The notes below the pieces were generated by a model, which was not told the DNA's origin, ran no database searches, and worked only from the letters and a program-made list of their open reading frames with translations. The position numbers were made by a program, and so were the translations under genes. From Chlamydiia bacterium (lineage in GTDB: Bacteria; Chlamydiota; Chlamydiia; Chlamydiales; Rhabdochlamydiaceae), in contig CAWDOQ010000002.1 in assembly GCA_963804085.1 (NCBI GenBank), positions 32,001 to 96,000 of the forward strand: DNA of 64,000 nucleotides, read 5' to 3'. This document shows, one piece after another, positions 60,049-64,000 of the stretch. Position 1 is the first letter of the stretch; each line of letters starts with the position of its first letter.

Positions 60049-60975
60049 CTAGGAATAACAAGGAGCTACCCCAGCAGTTGAGGATCTACCATTATGGGGG
60101 ACGATAGTGACAAAGCCTTTTTGAGGACATCCAACAAAAATTTCGTTGTCCCCGGGGGCACCTAGCTCATCGCGTGTGCGCGTAAAGGTCCATGTTTTGT
60201 GATCTTTTCGCGGAAAGAGGGTAATTTGGTAGCGGGCATAATGGGCAACTACGCTCACGGTTATCCAGAAAGCTTTTCCTAGCTTTAACCCATATTGGCT
60301 TTCTGCGTCACTTTGCATGAGTCCCCTGCTTTTGGGATCTATCTCCTTTTGCATCCATAACCATATCGATTTGGCATTAGACTCATCTCCAAATTTTGTT
60401 AAAATAGCGGGTCGAATATCGAAACGCTTTCCACTCTTCTCTGCAAGGGGGGCAAAAGCGTTAAAATTAAATGGCCGGCCATCTACTGTCGCGGGAATCA
60501 AGGTGAGTGTGTGGGTCTTTTTTAGCCGTGCAGCTAGGGCGGAGATATTTGCAGGGAGCCGGGGCATTGGGCCAGGCTCTCCCCAACCCTGTTTCATGTA
60601 TTCTCGCGGACCAAAAGCCATTTTGGGAATATCAAAGACATCTTTGTAGCGCCCGCTAACAGGTGCTGAAGTCACGCCGATATTTACGCATTGAGCTTTC
60701 CAGACTTTGTCGGGTATCTTCCAGGATTTGCAGACTCTTTCGCATGTCGCTACCTCTTCGGGCAATAGGTAGTGCATGGCGATGTAAAAGGCGTCGGGAG
60801 ATTGCTGCGAGATATCACCTTTATTTTCCGGTTTAGGAGCAAACAGCTCGCATATCCATGTGCAAAAAGCATTCCAGATCGCGCAAATGCGCTCTAAAAG
60901 CTCCATATAGCAGGGCTTTTCTTCGAATATTACCGGAACTGTAATTGCAGGATCTGAGCCTATTGGTTGCGTCAT
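60049..60975 (-). CDS. F-box-like putative effector, paralog D
   Basis: SPDAFYIAMHYLLPEEVATCERVCKSWK and the same C-terminal scaffold as paralogs A-C. Confidence 0.75.
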   Translation of the reverse strand: MTQPIGSDPAITVPVIFEEKPCYMELLERICAIWNAFCTWICELFAPKPENKGDISQQSPDAFYIAMHYLLPEEVATCERVCKSWKIPDKVWKAQCVNIGVTSAPVSGRYKDVFDIPKMAFGPREYMKQGWGEPGPMPRLPANISALAARLKKTHTLTLIPATVDGRPFNFNAFAPLAEKSGKRFDIRPAILTKFGDESNAKSIWLWMQKEIDPKSRGLMQSDAESQYGLKLGKAFWITVSVVAHYARYQITLFPRKDHKTWTFTRTRDELGAPGDNEIFVGCPQKGFVTIVPHNGRSSTAGVAPCYS

Positions 60976-61085
60976 AGACAAAAATTATACCACTTAAGCT
61001 GAAATTCTCGAAAGACCAAGAATAGAGGCAATAAAAATTTAAATAGGTGCTAGCCATTTTTTGATCTAGGCGTTATGTAGAGGGT

Positions 61086-64000
61086 ATGGGGAAGAAAGAT
61101 CCAAAGGCTCTGATAAAAGAAGCCATAGAGAAGGAGGGGCAGAAGTTTGAGAGCTGCTACCTCTGGCTGACTCAGCACATGCCGCCGAGTTTTTTCGAGG
61201 AGATCGAGGAGGAGAACCTCCTCACGGTGACCCATGCTCTCATGAACCTCGATTTGCAAGACTTCTTCTCGCACATCCACTTAAAGCACGCGGCCGTCGC
61301 ATTTTGCTTAGACAGCCCCGAAGCTGATATTCGCATCTTAAAACACTATAGAAACTATGGCATTAAAAACTTTCGCACGTTTGTATCTGACGCACCTCCG
61401 CCCTTTCCCGGGATAAAAGCTCATTTACGCATCGGCACACTCCACTTCTCCGACATTTTCGAAAAGAAGCGCACGGAGGAGAAGCTCCCGGAGGAGAAAA
61501 GAGCGGAAATCCAAAAGCTTGTCAAAGAGCGCAACCCAGAAATGACCGATAGCGACTTTGCAAAGCTTCTAGAGGGTATGGACCACAGGTTTTTGCGTGC
61601 GCTTACAAAAGAACGGCTGATCCTTGCGCTCGACATGTTTTTCAGAGCCAAGACGCGCGACAACTGCCAGTATGAGGTGCGCCAGATCGAAAATTGGAAT
61701 AAGAAAAAAGAGACACCCTCATTACAGATCGTCTTTGCTTGGCGCAATGTGCCGAAACACAACTTCCTCTACCGCATGGCCAAGATGATCCACCGCCACG
61801 GACTTGCGATGAAGCGCGTGAGTGCGACCTACATCGACCCTTACGGCAAACAGAATATCCTCATCATGTCGATAGGACTACATGGCATGAAGGGAGGCGC
61901 TGCTTGGGAAGAGGCTGACATCCCGGATTTTTTAAAGGAGCTGGTCACCCTCAAATACTTTGAGGGGCTTGAGCCGATCGAAACTGTCTTTGTAGATTCA
62001 GGACTTTTGAGCGGCAACTTAGGCAACCTGATCAAAACGATGTGCTACTTCGTCCATCAGGTTCTGGTGCATCAAGACATGCACATGTACTCGCTCTCTC
62101 ACATTGAAGAGGGCTTATGCCGCCATCCGGAATTGACTGTCATACTGGCTCAGGCATTCGAGCAGAAATTCCACCCCGACAAGAATGACCTTGACCTCTA
62201 CAGAAAAACGAGAGCCGATTTTTTAAGCCGTGTTGAAAATCTCGACACGGGACAAGAGATTAACGACAAGCGGCGCAAAAACATCTTAAAACAAGCGATC
62301 CATTTTATCGACTTCATGCTCAAGACCAACTTCTATCGGAACAACAAGACCGCTTTTAGTTTCCGTCTTGATCCCGCCTATCTCGACCATGTCCCCTATA
62401 AACGCGTGGAAAAGTTCCCCGAACTTCCCTACGCGATCTTCTTCATGAAAGGGATGCACTACATCGGCTTCCACATACGCTTTAAAGATCTTTCACGCGG
62501 AGGTTTGCGTACCGTTATTCCTCAGCGGATGGAACAGATGGTCGTCGAAAGAAACAATCTTTTTAGCGAGTGCTATAACTTAGCTTACACGCAGCAGAAA
62601 AAAAACAAAGATATCCCCGAAGGGGGAGCAAAAGGTGTGATCTTTCTTGAGCCTTACGAGAGGCTCCATGCCGAAGCAGAGGTTTACAAAAGAGAGCTAG
62701 AAGAGGCCCGTCTTGCGCCGCATGAGATCGACAGCTACCTCGCCTCCTTTCATAAAGAGCAGAAGCTGGAATACCTCTACCAGACGCAGCGCTCTTACAT
62801 CGAATGCTTTGTTACGCTTGTCAATTGTGAAGCAGATGGCACGCTGCGCGCAAAGCATATCGTCGACTACTGGAAAAAACCGGAGTATATTTATCTCGGC
62901 CCAGATGAGAACATGTTCAATGAGATGATCGTCTGGATCGCAGACTATAGCAAACAGCAGGGCTACAAACCTGGCAGCTCCTTTATCACAAGCAAACCGG
63001 GAGCTGGGATCAATCACAAGGAGTATGGGGTCACCTCGCTCGGTGTTAATGTTTACATGGAAGAGGTCTTAAAATACCTCGGCATCGATCCGACAAAGGA
63101 TCGCTTTACCGTGAAGATGTCGGGCGGTCCCGATGGAGATGTCGCAGGAAATCAGATTCTGAATCTTGCGCGCTACTATCCCAAAACCGCCAAACTTCTC
63201 GCGCTTACAGACGTCTCCGGTACGATTTTCGATCCGGAAGGGCTAGATTTGAAGGTAATGGAGGAGCTCTTTGTCAAAGTAAAGCCGATCCGCTTCTACC
63301 CACCTGAAAAGCTCTCTGAGGGAGGCTTTCTGCTCGATCTCTTCACAAAAAAGGAGGAGACGACCTATGCGCAGCAGACACTCCTCGCTCGCAAAAAAAA
63401 GGGAAAGGTTGTCGAAGAGTGGCTCTCGGGCAGTGAGATGAATCAGCTGTTTCGTCACAATGTGCACCAGACTAAGGCCGATATCTTCATTCCCGGCGGC
63501 GGCCGTCCGCGCACGCTGAGTGAGAACAACTACCAGGAGTTTTTAGATGAGACAGGCAAACCCACATCGAAGGCGATCATCGAAGGAGCCAACCTCTATT
63601 TAACGCAGGCTGCAAGACGTGAATTAGAAAAGCTAGGCGTACTCATCATCAAAGATAGCTCGGCGAATAAAGGCGGGGTGATCTGCTCCTCTTTTGAGGT
63701 GCTCTGCGGTCTTTGTCTTTCTGAAGAGGAGTTTTTAAAAGAGAAGCCTGTCCTGATGAAAGAGGTCCTGCATATCATACGCGAGCGCGCTAAAGACGAG
63801 GCAAATCTACTTCTGTCCACACACAAGCAAACAGGATCTTATCTAACGGATATTTCCGAATGGGTCTCTGAGCGGATCAACAGCTACACCTACGAACTTC
63901 TCGACCATTTGCAAAAAGAGACTCTTCCTGCAGATCCAAACGATCCTCTGATCCGCGCGCTTCTCAACTACTGCCCGCCATTCTTGCGCACACGCTACCA
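61086..64000 (+). CDS. NAD-specific glutamate dehydrogenase, large type (3' truncated by window edge)
   Basis: Absent from the ORF track (no stop); hand translation gives FHIRFKDLSRGGLR, KNKDIPEGGAKG, GPDE, GINHKEYGVTS, GGPDGDVAGN, IIEGAN, DSSANKGGV. Confidence 0.92.
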   Translation, partial: MGKKDPKALIKEAIEKEGQKFESCYLWLTQHMPPSFFEEIEEENLLTVTHALMNLDLQDFFSHIHLKHAAVAFCLDSPEADIRILKHYRNYGIKNFRTFVSDAPPPFPGIKAHLRIGTLHFSDIFEKKRTEEKLPEEKRAEIQKLVKERNPEMTDSDFAKLLEGMDHRFLRALTKERLILALDMFFRAKTRDNCQYEVRQIENWNKKKETPSLQIVFAWRNVPKHNFLYRMAKMIHRHGLAMKRVSATYIDPYGKQNILIMSIGLHGMKGGAAWEEADIPDFLKELVTLKYFEGLEPIETVFVDSGLLSGNLGNLIKTMCYFVHQVLVHQDMHMYSLSHIEEGLCRHPELTVILAQAFEQKFHPDKNDLDLYRKTRADFLSRVENLDTGQEINDKRRKNILKQAIHFIDFMLKTNFYRNNKTAFSFRLDPAYLDHVPYKRVEKFPELPYAIFFMKGMHYIGFHIRFKDLSRGGLRTVIPQRMEQMVVERNNLFSECYNLAYTQQKKNKDIPEGGAKGVIFLEPYERLHAEAEVYKRELEEARLAPHEIDSYLASFHKEQKLEYLYQTQRSYIECFVTLVNCEADGTLRAKHIVDYWKKPEYIYLGPDENMFNEMIVWIADYSKQQGYKPGSSFITSKPGAGINHKEYGVTSLGVNVYMEEVLKYLGIDPTKDRFTVKMSGGPDGDVAGNQILNLARYYPKTAKLLALTDVSGTIFDPEGLDLKVMEELFVKVKPIRFYPPEKLSEGGFLLDLFTKKEETTYAQQTLLARKKKGKVVEEWLSGSEMNQLFRHNVHQTKADIFIPGGGRPRTLSENNYQEFLDETGKPTSKAIIEGANLYLTQAARRELEKLGVLIIKDSSANKGGVICSSFEVLCGLCLSEEEFLKEKPVLMKEVLHIIRERAKDEANLLLSTHKQTGSYLTDISEWVSERINSYTYELLDHLQKETLPADPNDPLIRALLNYCPPFLRTRY

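Noticed and set aside
61050-63826. Short ORFs listed in the last 3 kb
   Set aside because: They are shadows of the long + strand glutamate dehydrogenase frame that runs off the window.

Overview
About 64 kb of chromosome from an environmental (non-Chlamydiaceae) member of Chlamydiota. The basis is chlamydia-type gene order and proteins: mutS-uvrC, Asp23/GYF_2/rpsN/rpmJ, rpmH-rnpA, pcnB-lpxB, rpmF-plsX-rng-plant-type GPAT-ptr, dnaX-ybaB/ptsI-hprK, fused 2-oxoacid dehydrogenase E1, UPF0158, and serS-M18-VIT1-P1B ATPase. Candidate host-directed genes are inserted into this backbone: four paralogous F-box-like proteins with hypervariable C-termini, an F-box/LRR protein, an F-box/amphipathic-repeat protein, a CVNH-like+vWA protein and an Inc-like coiled-coil protein. 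A cpo-GH63-GT28 cassette is also inserted. The most striking non-coding signal is a dense set of intergenic palindromic elements from several unrelated families: nine copies of a 6-nt-period hairpin, two GTGGAC hairpins, a 225-bp MITE with a 9-bp target duplication enclosing a CAGGAT hairpin, a GGAG-type REP doublet, an RPE-like 186-bp element and a 76-bp mini-element. Every candidate-effector locus lies next to one. No transposase, integrase, reverse transcriptase, CRISPR or rRNA is in the window. Several conserved genes (serS, ftsK, dnaX, uppP, lpxB) carry single-base frameshifts, most simply read as assembly indel errors. All calls come from reading the sequence by eye; no searches were run.
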